From Schmidtea polychroa (lineage: Eukaryota): 64,000 bases of DNA. The number at the start of each line of letters is the position of its first letter. Position 1 is the first letter of the stretch. The notes under the pieces are model-generated. The model saw only the letters and a program-made list of their open reading frames with translations. It did not search any database and was not told the origin of the DNA. Below, one piece after another: positions 24,220 through 37,689 of this stretch. The translations under genes and the position numbers were made by a program. The stretch lies in assembly GCA_044892525.1 (NCBI GenBank), contig CM097885.1, positions 6,512,001 through 6,576,000 on the forward strand, given 5' to 3'.

Positions 24220-24800
24220 AAAGACATTAGTAATAATAGTAATAAGGTTATTGTTAGAATTTGTTTAAAAGGAATAATGCGATCATAGCTTATGACTGTC
24301 AGAATCCTAAATGGGGACAGAAATATTCACTACTAGATGTGTAAAATTGCCTAGAGCCAAATCCAACAAAATTAATTGTGCCAGATAAGTCCTTTCGCTA
24401 TTGGTAAACAAGATTATTGAGAATTGTTATGGAGGAAATTACAACTTTGATGTATTATTATTGAAAGAGCATTTCAAGAATGTTATGTATAGAGTGTTAT
24501 ACAGCATATGAGGATATTTTGCGATCGTTGGAAATACGTTCTCAACTATATTAAGAATATATTATACAGTACCATGATTGAAGATGATTTTTTCATCATT
24601 AGTTTCATTAAGACAATTGAGACAAGTTTTTGGTGACTCATATAAAATTATGGCATACTTGTGTTCATTCATAGCCAAATATCCAATCACTACGTAGCTC
24701 GACAAAGTAATCAAACGGATGAAAAATCGAAGAGATTCGGGTAAAATAATGATCAATAATGAGAAAGATGACGACCCAAACAGATCAGAAAATATTGAAC
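24220..24800 (+). pseudogene. Envelope glycoprotein remnant, chuvirus-G/gB-like, internally deleted
   Basis: Hydrophobic leader then IIAYDCQNPKWGQKYSLLDV*NC; C-terminal LRQVFGDSYKIMAYLCSFIAKY. Confidence 0.55.
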
Positions 24801-25329
24801 AGCCACAAATAGTCAAAGAGAACAATTGAGAGAATTGGGAAATAATATTGAAATTATAATCCCATACGAAATGGTAATTGTCATTGTGCTCCAAAGATAA
24901 TTTGTGGATGTTACGGATTAGGGCTTGACTATATATTAGAAGGGTTCAATGAAGCAAGGCCAAAACTGAAAATAGTGATAAATAATATAATAATAAATGC
25001 ACTGAGCGATACAGGGAAGCAGCTTCTTTGATTCGTATAGATCAGTTAACGGAAAATCAAAAGAAAACAATTTTGAGTACGAGAGATAGAGTAATTTCAT
25101 CATCATCACATTTTACACCATTAAAAGGCGACATAGAATTAACAGTCCACTTCTCAGGTCGTGGAAGAACATGTTTTCAAGGTAGTAGCAGAATATAAAT
25201 GTGTATATGTCAGCATTGAAGAAATAGCAAAATTTTAACTATAAGGTTATCTAATTCTACTTTGTTTTAACTTAAATTAATTGCACAACCTAATCACGAG
25301 AAGCAGCTTTTCGCGTGTCTTACTCGTAG

Positions 25330-25490
25330 TTTTTAAATTCTAGAAGGGAACTATATTAGAAAACTTTAGATCGTCCTTTATGTAACCGATAGCGCAAACT
25401 TCAGGAAACTCCTCCATCTTTAACCTAACCAAATATTTAATGCAGCATTCGTTTCTTATTCTGAGGACGGTTTGTACAACCGATTTCTTT
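25330..25490 (+). mobile_element. Penelope-like element 3' remnant with degenerate hammerhead-like motif
   Basis: ILEGNYIRK..RPLCN resembles the GIY-YIG C-terminus; followed by ctgagga-cggtt-tgtac-aaccg at 25461-25482. Confidence 0.45.
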
Positions 25491-26968
25491 GCTTTATTAA
25501 ATCAGCTGCATTTTTATGTGTAATACATATATTATTACTGTTAAAACCAATATGAAAAACATACCAACGCTTCTATTACAATACGGTATATTTATGTAAA
25601 AAAAATTACAACGTTCTTGGAAAATAAGTATTTGTTTTTTCGCAAATTCTAGTTACAAAACGAAGAAATTTATTTTAAAAGACAATTAACTAAGTTCAGT
25701 TAAAAATGACCTAATTTCAATCTAACAGATAGTTTCATTCAAAAAATATTTAACTTATACCTATATGTCCAAGGTGAAGGTAGTCAAGATTTTTTTTCTA
25801 GATTTCGACCAAAACCGAAAAATAACATATTATTTTTCTTATTGGAATTGTCAAAAAAATTAGAAAATGCCGCCGTTGCGTAAGCTTAAAACCGGGCCTG
25901 AATGGTTAGATGAAAGAAATTTTATAATTGCTACATATAGAAGTTCTACATAATGGTTGCCAAAATCGAGAGTAAGATAAAATCAGCCGAAGGTAATCAT
26001 TGCTGCATTCTCATAACCGAGCGCTCACAAATTCACAGTTCATGCAGGTCCACCCAAAAAGAAGCCGTAGAAATATTATAATTATTCATTTCCTTTATAG
26101 CCTTATATAAGATCTGAGTACATTGTTGAACTGCGCTTTCTATAAAGGTATCATAGAGATAAATATTAGAAATGAATAGAAATGATAGTGACAGTAACCT
26201 ATTACTATATCAAATAAAAAAAGACTACTAAACCAAAAAAATAAAATCAAAATATTTTATCCGCGCTTGAATGAATATTTCATTGGAAATATGATTGAAA
26301 TATCCCAGTTTATAGCAGATAACAATTACTCAACAATGCCAATCTAGCTAATAATATAATTGAGCCAGATTGCCAAATGAATCCTTTACAGCTCCTAATC
26401 AACATTATTAGACTGCATCTTTTGTTTATCATAATTAAATGTTTAAAAATACAAATAAATATTTTTGCTTTACCTTTACAATCCATAAGTGATCAAATAT
26501 AAAAATATTAAACTAAATAAAAAATTGGTAGTTAAATAAGTTAGTTGGTAGTTAGCTGGTTATTAGTACTTGTATATATATACAGCTTGACTATGAGTCA
26601 GTAAATATATCGATATTTTTGATATTCACGAATTTTCGGCAGTCTTTTTCATATATAGTTTAAAAGAATTAAGAAAATGACCTAAATATCTATTTGCAGT
26701 TTAAAAATAAAGAAAATAATCAAAAACATATTAGTAATGAATCTAGTGGAACACTGTTAGCTAATGAAGAATAGCATTATCAAATAGAGAAAAATAATAG
26801 TAAATTAAAACTTGATGTGAACAAGGATCTTGACATAGTATGAAATAAAGAAAAACTACCATTACCATCATCATTATTACTATCATCATCAGCGGTTGTT
26901 CTCTATCGCAGATGCCTCTATTGAGCCTCAAGTATAAAATGGGAACACCGGCTCACCCGACCCAAGTA

Positions 26969-29900
26969 AGTAGTTAGGTGCGTACGGCAGCAATAGGGGT
27001 GGGGTAAAAAATATTGCAACTTTTGATCACATAATTGCTGATTTTTTTTTCTGGGATTTTCAATACAAAAAGCCAAGGATAAGTCAGTATTATTTGGGTG
27101 GGTCTCCTTTCATTAGAGAAGGTGGTTTACATTAAAAAAAGTATAGTAAATTTTTAAATTAAAGCAAATTATGGGTTCAGATTTTTCAATTAAAGTAAAT
27201 TATGGTTCGAAAATTTAAATATAAAGTAAATGATGGGTCTAAAAATTAAATTAAAGTAATCAATGGAATCAAATAAGTAAATTATGGTCCAAAAAATTAA
27301 ATTAAAGTAAATTAAGGTTCAGATTGTCATTTCTCAGGCGCTGTTTAGCAGGTAGTTAGTAGCCCGCTTGCAATTGCAAGTCGTTTTTTTTGTTGTTTTT
27401 TGATTCCGCAAATGTTGCAACTTGTTTTTTTTGTATTGGAAATTCTAGAAAAAAAAATAAGCGTAGCTTACTCAACAACAAAAAAAACGAGTTCCAACAA
27501 TTACGCAATCAAAAAAGCAAAAAAAAACGAGTTGCAACAATTTTACCCCGTCCCCCTCCTCCCCGGGGGGTAATTGTCCCAGGGCGCTACTAAGAATTTC
27601 ATGTTGATTGATTAAAAATTTTAAGTTATATTGGTGATTTTAATTGAATTTCTTGATAATTTGCTAAATTTTTTAAATTTTAAATAAAATTTAATTTTTA
27701 ATGACTGTTAGGTTAATAATCAAGTAATAGGTTTAACTTTAGATGACTTTGTAATGCATTAGACTAAATAATTTTTTTCAATAATTTTCTAAGAATATTT
27801 ACACATATATATTTTGATCCTTATGGAATTAAACCAACAAAAGAAGTCGAGGAATATTTAGGAGAAGAATACACTTGGAATACTCTACAAGTTCAACCTG
27901 ACAACACTAAAATATTTGGAGTTTTGTGTTTATATGTTTTGTATAAATTAAATCAAGTTATTCCTCAAATTGAAGATGAATTTATAAATATAATTCAAGA
28001 AATCTATAATGATTTAGAAACTTGTCATTAAAAGGTTTTCCAAAACTTAATAGAATAAGTTTTTAAAATTTACAACTAGATCTAATCCGTCCTGGGATTC
28101 AAAAGAAGAAGTATCTAATTTAATTTCTTTTAAATTATAAAAAGTAATCAATACTTACATTGTAAATTTTCATTTCGATTTATTGACACATTTATTCGTA
28201 TTACCTAAATTATTAATTAATTAAATCAATAAATTAAAAATTTTGTTTACTTTTTCTTTTCAAATTTCCTTTAATCTTCGATTTTAAATTGTCTTCATTA
28301 ATATTATCTAAATTAATTATTAAATTAATTAATAAATAAATTAAAATTTACCAAATTCCTGAATTTTTTCTCAGACATTCATAACGTTTTCTATTAAAGA
28401 ATTCATTTTTAAAGGTTAACGATTTGTTAAATGTGACTAATGATAGATTATTGTTTATAGATTATCATTGTTTATAGATTATTATTGTTTATAGGAACAA
28501 ATTCTAACCAATCAAGAGCAAGGAATGGTAGGAAAAAAAGTAAATATATTGCGTTGCGGTATTTTAAAATTAAAATTTATTTTAAAAACACATTTTGACG
28601 CTAAAGTCGACTTATGTAACAAAGACATAATAAACTTATTATTTCCTACAAATATTTCACCCACCAAATACCTAACTAGAGATGATATATATTGATTGTT
28701 CATAAAAGCAAACTTAATCACAAATTTCAGTATATCTTACAATAATTTTCAAGTAAATTTGAAGTCCTTGGTAAAGTTGACTGGTTTCTTAGCAAATGTT
28801 TTTTTAAAGTTCGTCAATGTGTAAATTGAGATATTCTTAGAAAATTATTGAAAAAAATTATTTAGTCAAATGCATTACAAAGTCATCTAAAATTAAACCT
28901 ATTACTTGATTATTAACCTAACAGTCATTAAAAATTAATTTTTATTTAAAATTTAAAAAATTTAGCAAATTATCAAGAAATTCAATTAAAATCATCATTA
29001 AAACTTTAAATTTTTAATCAATCAAAATGAAATTCTTAGAAAATATATGAAAAAAATATTTAGTCAAATTCAATTACATTACAAAGTCATATCCTATCAC
29101 TTGATTATTAACCTAACTGTCATTAAAAATAATTTTTTTTTAAATTAAAAAAACCAATCAATAAAAATGCATCCAATTATCAAGAAATTAATTAAATTTA
29201 TCTTAGAACTAACTATAAATTTTTAAATTTTCATTTAATCCACATGAAATTAACAAAAATGTTAAATATTTCCTAAAACTATCAACTTAAAAAAAATTGC
29301 TATTGAATGTCTTAGACATCAAAATTTATCTAAATAATCTTTCAAATTAATTCATTAAAATTGAAGAAAACACGCTCTATTTTGTCATTAAATTCAATTA
29401 AAATTAAATAAATCAAAATAAGAACTTTGATAAAAAATAATATTCTAAAATGGTAAGAATTAACACTGTAGTGTTAAATGGAAAGGTAATTATTCTTTAA
29501 ATCTAATTAACTTTGTCATAATTTCTTTAATTATTACTACCAATTCTCATCATCTTTCAAAATTTATTACTTAATTTTAAATTGCATCATTTAATTTACT
29601 TCATTTAAAATTTTTGCATTTAATTTAGCAAATATAGCATTTAATTACTTTTTTTTTAAATATATCTCTTATTATTATTTCATAAAAAATCTATTTAAAT
29701 TTATCATTGAAAATTATTTCAAAAAAATTTGCATCTCAAATTGTCAATTCTCATCGTTGATAGTTTTTCAAAATATCTGACAATAAATTATTACTGTAAT
29801 TTTCAACTTTTTACTTAATTTAAAAGTATTACTATAATTTAAAAATTTTAATTTTAATTTAATTCTATTTAATTTAATTTACTTAATTTTAAAAATTGGA

Positions 29901-30290
29901 ACTTAAATTACTAATTTGAACCCTTAATTTACTTTAATTTAAAATTTTAGACTTTATTTTAGAACTTAATTTAAAACTTTAGACCATAATTTACCTATTT
30001 ATCAATAATTTACTTTAGTTCAATTTTAGATCCTTGATTAATTCAATTTAAAAATATAGACCATAATTTACTTTAATTTAAAATTTAACCATCAATTTAC
30101 TTAATTGAAAATTTTAGACCATAATTTTCATGTAAAATTGTCATTGAAAAAATTTTCAATTCTCAGGCGCTGTTTAGTAGGTATTTAGTAGCGCCCTGGG
30201 ACAATTACTCCCCGGGGAGGTGGGGGGGGGGGGGGTAAAATTGTTGCAACTCGTTTTTTTTGCTTTTTTGATTGCGTAATTGTTTTTACT
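26969..30290. mobile_element. Rearranged Polinton/Maverick remnant
   Basis: AGTAG(T/C)-type termini (26969, 27358, 27589 reverse, 30187), inverted ~30-bp minisatellites (27140-27320 vs 29860-30130), ~210-bp inverted repeat, adenain fragment. Confidence 0.6.
27807..28031 (+). pseudogene. Adenain-like (C5) cysteine protease C-terminal fragment of Polinton
   Basis: IYFDPYG...WNTLQVQPDNTKIFGVLCLYVL fits YFDSYG..Q.Q...S..CG..C. Catalytic Cys reads TTT (Phe). Confidence 0.75.
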
Positions 30291-30470
30291 GATTTATAGT
30301 CAAGATTTTAATAAATACAATGTCAATTGTAAAAAAATCAGAGGTGAAATTGAAAGAAGTTTCTATTGTTTGCAGTAATTTATTAACATTTAAATTATTA
30401 TTCGTTTTAAAATTATTAAATTTAAAGGTTAAAGGGAATTTTTCAAATTTTGAAATGAGATACATTCATT

Positions 30471-31494
30471 TCATGTACCGCAAAGCGAATTCTTTTGGAA
30501 GGCATAATTATTTGACTCGTCCACTAGAAATCTTAAAATTTCTTCACCGATAAAATAAGAAAAAAACTGAAAAGGAGTGTCTAAGTTCATAATTTCTTGT
30601 GAATACTCAGTGTTTCCAGCAAACTGGAAAGCATTTTGGACTATGTCCATATTCTGTACTCTCCACACTAAGTTTCTAGAGTTGAAAGGTTTAGTTTGCA
30701 GGTTGTTCTGGAAGCTAATTGTAGGAGTTGGGCTACGTTCGACAGTGTCTAAATTATGTTGCATGTCGGTATCTACGTTTGCTGCAGGCGGATCTGCATC
30801 CAAGTTTGGGTCAGTGGGAAAATTACCTACATCCTCTTCATCTTCTAGCTCCATCAGGCAATCTCTTTGGCTCGAATAATAGTCTATGTCATCTTCATTG
30901 TCGGTGGAATCGTCTTCCGAAATTTCACCATTTTCTAACCGCTTCAATATTCTCTTCATCTATTCTGTTCGCATTTTTGATAAATTTCTATAATAAAATA
31001 AAAATAAAAGTAATTCCAACACCAAGCTATGCAGAAAAATAATGAAACGGAAGTTCAAAAAGTTTTTATAGCTAAAGAATTAGTAGGTAGGTTTTATGTA
31101 GGGCGGAATGCCTGAAGTATCAAAATTGGTACTCACAAAAATAGAACTAGTTTCTTCAAGTAAAACATGCACTCGCAAAAAGTAATTATATCATAGGAAA
31201 AATAATATATTCACTTACCTCAAAAGTATTTATATTCTTCAGAAAAAGAAAATATATCAAATTTGTATTTAACAAAACTTTTAGTAAAATGTGTTTACTT
31301 GTTCACTTTGCCGCGCAAGTAATATGTCATAGATAAAATAAAACAATAATGACATTTGTTTTTTTTAATTTCGTTGGAAAGAATATTATACAAAAGTAAA
31401 ATACGAACAGCCAACCTATAAAAAAAACTAATAGTAATGTGAACATTCGGTTTAAAAGATTGGTATCAAAATTGAAACTCTAGGTTATTAAGGG
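30471..31494 (-). mobile_element. piggyBac transposon 5' fragment (copy 2)
   Basis: ORF 30471-30959 has an acidic N-terminus and TPFQFFSYFIGEEILRFLVDESNNYAFQK (piggyBac/PGBD motif). TTAA|CCC end at 31494; truncated at about 30470. Confidence 0.85.
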
Positions 31495-34400
31495 TTAATA
31501 AGATAATTATATGAAGAAGCTTTGCAAAATCGCAGATATAAAGAAGAAGAATATTTAACAAAGTCCATCAACACTTACGTGATACTGGGAAGTTTTAGCA
31601 AAATTTAATTGACTGTGAATGAATCCGAGGGAACCATTTTAAGAATGCTTGAAAGAAAATCCTCAAATACTTTGCCAACAGATCGTTGTGAATAGCATAA
31701 ATCAAGTTATTTCAACGTTTAGAAAATTTTGAATCAAAACTGTTTGAAAGAAATTCAAACAATTCAGGGATCGATCCCAGGTGTGTTGGAAAGAGTTGTG
31801 GCGATGTCTCCAGTTTCGCCACCACACTCGGTTCAAAAAATTATTTTTTCATATTTATTTTGTAAGTTAATTAAAAGAAATACTAATACACACAAAATAC
31901 ACAAAATATTTATTTTATAATAGTAAAACAAATTATAAAATAGTTGTTATATTAAAACAGAAACATTGAAATTTGTTTATAAAAATAGTTTTACTTGGAA
32001 TTTGAACCATGTTTATTATTGATGTTTGTTAAATAGATTCCCACTGTGCTATCTAAGCTGTTGTTTTTTACACTTTAAATTTTTATTAATTTTAAAAATA
32101 TTTTTTTTGAAAAGTAGTAGGGAAATTTACCAAGAAAGTCATCTCTGTTGATGAGGTCGTAGACCGAGCTAAACAATATTCTCTCAAATGTTTTTAAGGC
32201 GAAGAAAATAAAAATAAAGGAATAAAAAATGTGTAAAACATAAAATAAAAAATAACTCATCAAAATTATTTAGATTGCTTCAAACCATTTTCTGAAAAAA
32301 GTATGGATATTATTTATAATTTAAATTCTAAAAATCTTGATATGTTATTACAAAAATCATAAAAATCTTCTTTGGAAAACTATGATAACAAAAAATGTAT
32401 TTTGTCTGATTTAACAACAACATTTCCTCATTGAAATGATTTGGTTGAAATTATACAAGAAAAGAATGATTTGGAAATGTATAATGATTATTATCTCACT
32501 TGTTGTAGATCCCACTACATTTTATTTTTTGAACCTTGGGTTCTTTCATGTTTCACTTAATGAGATTTTGAAATATATTTATTAAAAGGTTTGCAAAAAT
32601 ACATTTTTATAGCGATAATATTTGCGCAGGTGCCAAATCAGAGAATTTTCCAAGTCTCAAGAAATGGAGTAGTGAAGATATATCTAAGTGACTCAAATAA
32701 GTCCCAAAATTTTCCAAGAACTTTTCCCAAATATTTTCCAAGTCAATAAAATTATTATTTTTTTCCAATTAGTGAGGGTTCTACCTCCTCCAGCCCAAAG
32801 CCATTTTCATCAAATTAATAAATTATTTATCGAGTAATTGGTTTTTACTAAATACTAGGCAGTAAGTTTTTCATAGGTACTAAGTTTTTTATTTTTTAAT
32901 TTAATGGTGTACGTGGTCTGACAATGTGATTCTTATCTGGGGTCTTTACGTTAGAGGGGTAGAACCCTCAGTACTATTATTTATAATTTGAATCATTAAT
33001 AAACAATAACAAAATTTAAGGATTTAGTCATTTAATATTTACCAAACTAACATGACAACATTAATATTCAATAATAAATATAAAATAAAGATCAAGGCAA
33101 TCAAATATCCAATTACAGTTACTTCACAAATGACAATGCACTAATACAAGAATTAGGGATGTTAAGACTACACTAGCTATTTGTGTAGATAATTGTTGCG
33201 GACTTTGAATTGAAATTTCCTTACTAGGTTTCAAATTTTGTTTATTAATACCACTTTATACTTCAATGTCTTCAAATAAAAATATAAAACTTGATCATTG
33301 CTATATTTCCAATAGCTTTCTCTTATCTGTTTTAAATGTTTTTTTCTTTTTTTATGCAATTATATATAAATACAATTTAAACACAAAATAAAGACAGACT
33401 AGAAATAACCAGAGAATTATATCTATACGACTCTTTCGTCTTAAAATCACCTGACATACACGTAGCTCAATACCAGTACATCCTTTATAAACTCATTTTC
33501 CTATGCCTAGCTTTTATTGCAAAATTAAAAGAATCCTTCCTAGTAAATAACTATATATTTAATTAAAAAAGCAAAGTATATTATAAAAAAAATATTCTTA
33601 CAAGTGTTTGTACAAAGTGTACGAAAAAACATGCTTATCTTGCAATTTTGAATAACATATTTTATAAAGAACTAGTATCAAAAGAAGCAATATTTCACAA
33701 ACTTTACAGAAAAATTCGAATAACATAACAAAACCAAAACATTAACAAACAGGGAAATATATAAAGTCAATTCCTAATAGAGAGAAAGGCCTACAAAATA
33801 AATTCTAATAAAAAAACTGAAAGATATGTCAGAACAGAAAATTTGTCCTTTTCACAGACAGAAAAGTTTAAAATTTAAAATTCTCCACAAATAACAACAA
33901 GAATAATAATTTACCAGATTGGATTGTCTGGCATGGAATGATGAGTTGTTGGAGGAAATTTTGGGAAATTAATTATTATCCTCCAGAAACCAACATATCA
34001 GTAACAACTCAGCCACTGTGTTTGAAAATTTTCAATTAAAAAAAACCCAATAATATTGGGGATAAATGCAGCTATAAATAATAGACATGAAGCAATTAAA
34101 GTCAAACCGGTAATATCGGAATGTCTCCACATAAAAATAATTCTTTATTTATAATAAATTGAATATGACAGCAACTTCTAATTTTAATTTTCAATTAATT
34201 ACTTTTACTGCTACTCGATTTTTGTAAAATAAATATAAATAAAATAAATATATAAATAATTTAATTAATTAATAGTAATGCAAAAATGTGCAGTGCAATA
34301 CATACAAAAATATACATTAAACTACACGAACTTGAATCAAAGAAATAAAATATTATAATTGCTCATAATAAAATTATTAGAAAATAATAATAATAATAAT

Positions 34401-34637
34401 TGTTAATTAGAAACACATCATTATATAGCTCTTCATTGCATGATATCTAAAAGGAAGTTTATTGGTTTAATAATTATTGATACAAAATATCTGCACAAAT
34501 ACATATATTACAACATTCAAAAACTAGCATCAAACATCATAAATAAACTCTGATCTTGAAACTACGATTTTGACATGTTATTATGTAACAGGTTTTTTTG
34601 ATTAATTGTGTAATATTTATTTATTATTCTTCTTTAC

Positions 34638-34688
<51 letters not shown>

Positions 34689-36438
34689 TATTATTATTAT
34701 TATTATTGTTATAAAAATTTTCAAACAAGTAAATTATATGATAATCCCTAATATTATGTTCCTTGTTTAACATTTAATTTATGATGCTAACAAGAAATCA
34801 TTTTAATAAATGAAAATATTTGTTTGTTGAATAATAAATAAATTTATGTAATTAATTTTCTGATAAGTAAAGCCTCCGTAAATTTCAGATCTGAATTATT
34901 TCGCTATATTTTTTCACTTAACATGATACAAACTTCTTTATAACGAAATGTAGGAGCATTTTGCACTTAGAACAGTTAGAAATGTAGCAATAACCCAACT
35001 TCAATTTGTAATTATTTTAAATTGAATAAAATTACATATTTCTGTTATAATATCAAAATATTGTTTAATATTAGTAGAGAATATTTCATATTTTGATTGA
35101 CTTCGTGTATGTTTTGACATTAGGGAAATTTAGGGAAATTCATCCTATCCAAAAGTGACAATTTAATGAATGGTATAAATAAAAAGTACTTCCAACGCAA
35201 CTTAAATAAATACAATATTGCAGGGATTGTATAAATTAATGGAAAATGTATAGAGAATTTTGTACAAAACAAAAAATGTAAAAATCAATATTTTTTGAGG
35301 GAAATGCAGGAGGCAAATGAAAAGACAAAATGAATATAATAATTTCAAATCGATAGTGTGTCCTTAGTAAAGGTTATTTCAAAAATACAAAATAATTAAT
35401 TAATTAGTTGATATAACAAACAGGCAAAGAGTTAGATGATTTTAGTCAGATAATGCAATTTAATAAATGCTTGATCCAGAGAGAACCTTATCAAAGGAGG
35501 GATAAAATACAGTTAAATCCCAGCAAATTTAAAGGAAGTTAATAATTACAAATTTATTAAAAGTATGTATTGAGAATGTATTAAAAGGAGAGTTGTAAAG
35601 CGCATCAATTTTGAAATAAAAGGTTGGTGGTGGAGTTACCTACGATAAAGAGGAAAATGCAATGTTCTATGTTTTACATGTTATTTGTTATAAAAAAAGA
35701 AAAGTCAAAATTCTCTCCTCACAACAATAGTATATGAAAATTATAACAGTATAAGCTATTATATTTAATGAAAATGGAAAGCCTTCTATGTACCATGTTA
35801 AGTGCTACAATGAAAATGACTTTTTTTTCAATCTGAATGATCTCTGTCGGTAATACAATTGCTTTCTTTTTCTCTAATTTCATTTTTATTAAAACAAATT
35901 ATCATTTGTACCCAGAATAAAAATATTATAAAATGAACATTTTCAGAAGTTCTTTTCTTCATGACTTTCAAATGTCTGGAAAGACCTTTTTAATCTTTAT
36001 ATTAATGTTTCTTGGCATGAAATGAACTCTTTGTTTAAACAAAATAATAACAATTCAATTAAGATCGAAAAAATATATATACATACTTAATAAAGTTCTT
36101 TGTCCAATGACAATTCACAGTCCCACATAAATATCATTAATTAAAACAAATAAAATTATTTTAATTATGAAAATATTTCAAAAAAGCGTCAATTAGAAAT
36201 CCAGCATAAGATACTTATCTCATCAACTTAATTAAAACAAATCTTTTCAGACGAAATTCTTATAGAAAATTGAAAACTTTTACTAATTAAGTATTTATTA
36301 CAGAATTTTGCTGTAACTTAATTCTCAACAACCGTTAAAAAAATAACAATTTATCGTAACCAAAAACTTTCTTTAAAACGACAACTATAATTGTTTTAAT
36401 AGAAATAATTTATAAACTGTTTTCCCCCAATTAATAAA

Positions 36439-36516
<78 letters not shown>

Positions 36517-36524
36517 AATACTAA

Positions 36525-36656
<132 letters not shown>

Positions 36657-36657
36657 A

Positions 36658-37103
36658 CAGTACAAGCTTTGTGATACCCAGTGCAAACCCCAATAGTAGA
36701 AATTCGAGCTCTTGACTCTCATCAGTACTATGTAGGAGACGTTAAAGTTTCAAGTGAGACATCCGACAAAAAATGTTACAACATTATTTTATAAGTTAAA
36801 AATGCTAAAAGTAATCGGATGAACTTGTAAACAGTTTCTGTGTATCGACTAATTTTTTAGTCCGCAGAGGTGATTATGATTTTTCATAGGCCATGCTTAC
36901 AAGTTTACAGATTTTTTGTGACCAAGCTAATTTGCAAATGATGTGATTTCCAGTGTACCGGGGAAAGTATGCAATAGAGTTGAATCAGCAATATTGTATA
37001 CTTACCTGGCGCAAAGAGAAATCTTGATAGTATTGATGAGAGCCAAAAGCTCTAAACTAGTCTACTGTTGGGATTTGCACTGGTTATCACAAAGCTTGTA
37101 CTG
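36658..37103. mobile_element. MITE, 446 bp, long imperfect TIRs starting CAGT
   Basis: About 70 bp imperfect inverted ends (cagtacaagctttgtgatacccagtgcaaa...tttgcactggttatcacaaagcttgtactg). Confidence 0.75.
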
Positions 37104-37689
37104 TTTATTTTATTCAAGTGAGATAATTATAAATTGATGATTACTTGGTAGCAGCATTAATTAAAATTTAAACAATTAAATGATAATTTAAGCCCTTTGC
37201 TACGAATAATATATTTAATACAAATGAAAAAATTTCAAATATAAGATAGTCCTTTTCAATTTCATGGATTTTAGCTTCTTTTATTTTCAAAAAAGCTCTT
37301 TAATTTTTATTTCCTTTTTTTTACTTCTCATTGGTCAATAATAATAATAAACTTTTTTCTCAAGCATATAAAATTTCTAAAGATGTTTTAATTAAATATC
37401 CTTTAAAATTCAAAACGACTAACAAGGAAAAATTTTAAAATTTTTAAAGCTTCTATAATTAGCTCGTAGAAACCTAATTTAATAAATACTATCTTAAAAT
37501 ATTTATAAAATATAGTTTCCAATAACTATTTATATACGGAATTTAAATATTTAAAAAAATGTTTCTATTTTGATTTTTAAATACTAATGATCTTCTAAAA
37601 TTATATTTTATCTATTTTTCTATATTATTTTATATTATTATTTTTAATTTTTAATTTAATTTTTTAAAAACTTTTCTCAAGGTAAGTAA

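Noticed and set aside
27140..27320. CRISPR-like array
   Set aside because: Degenerate tandem minisatellite without unique spacers, in a eukaryotic context with no cas genes.
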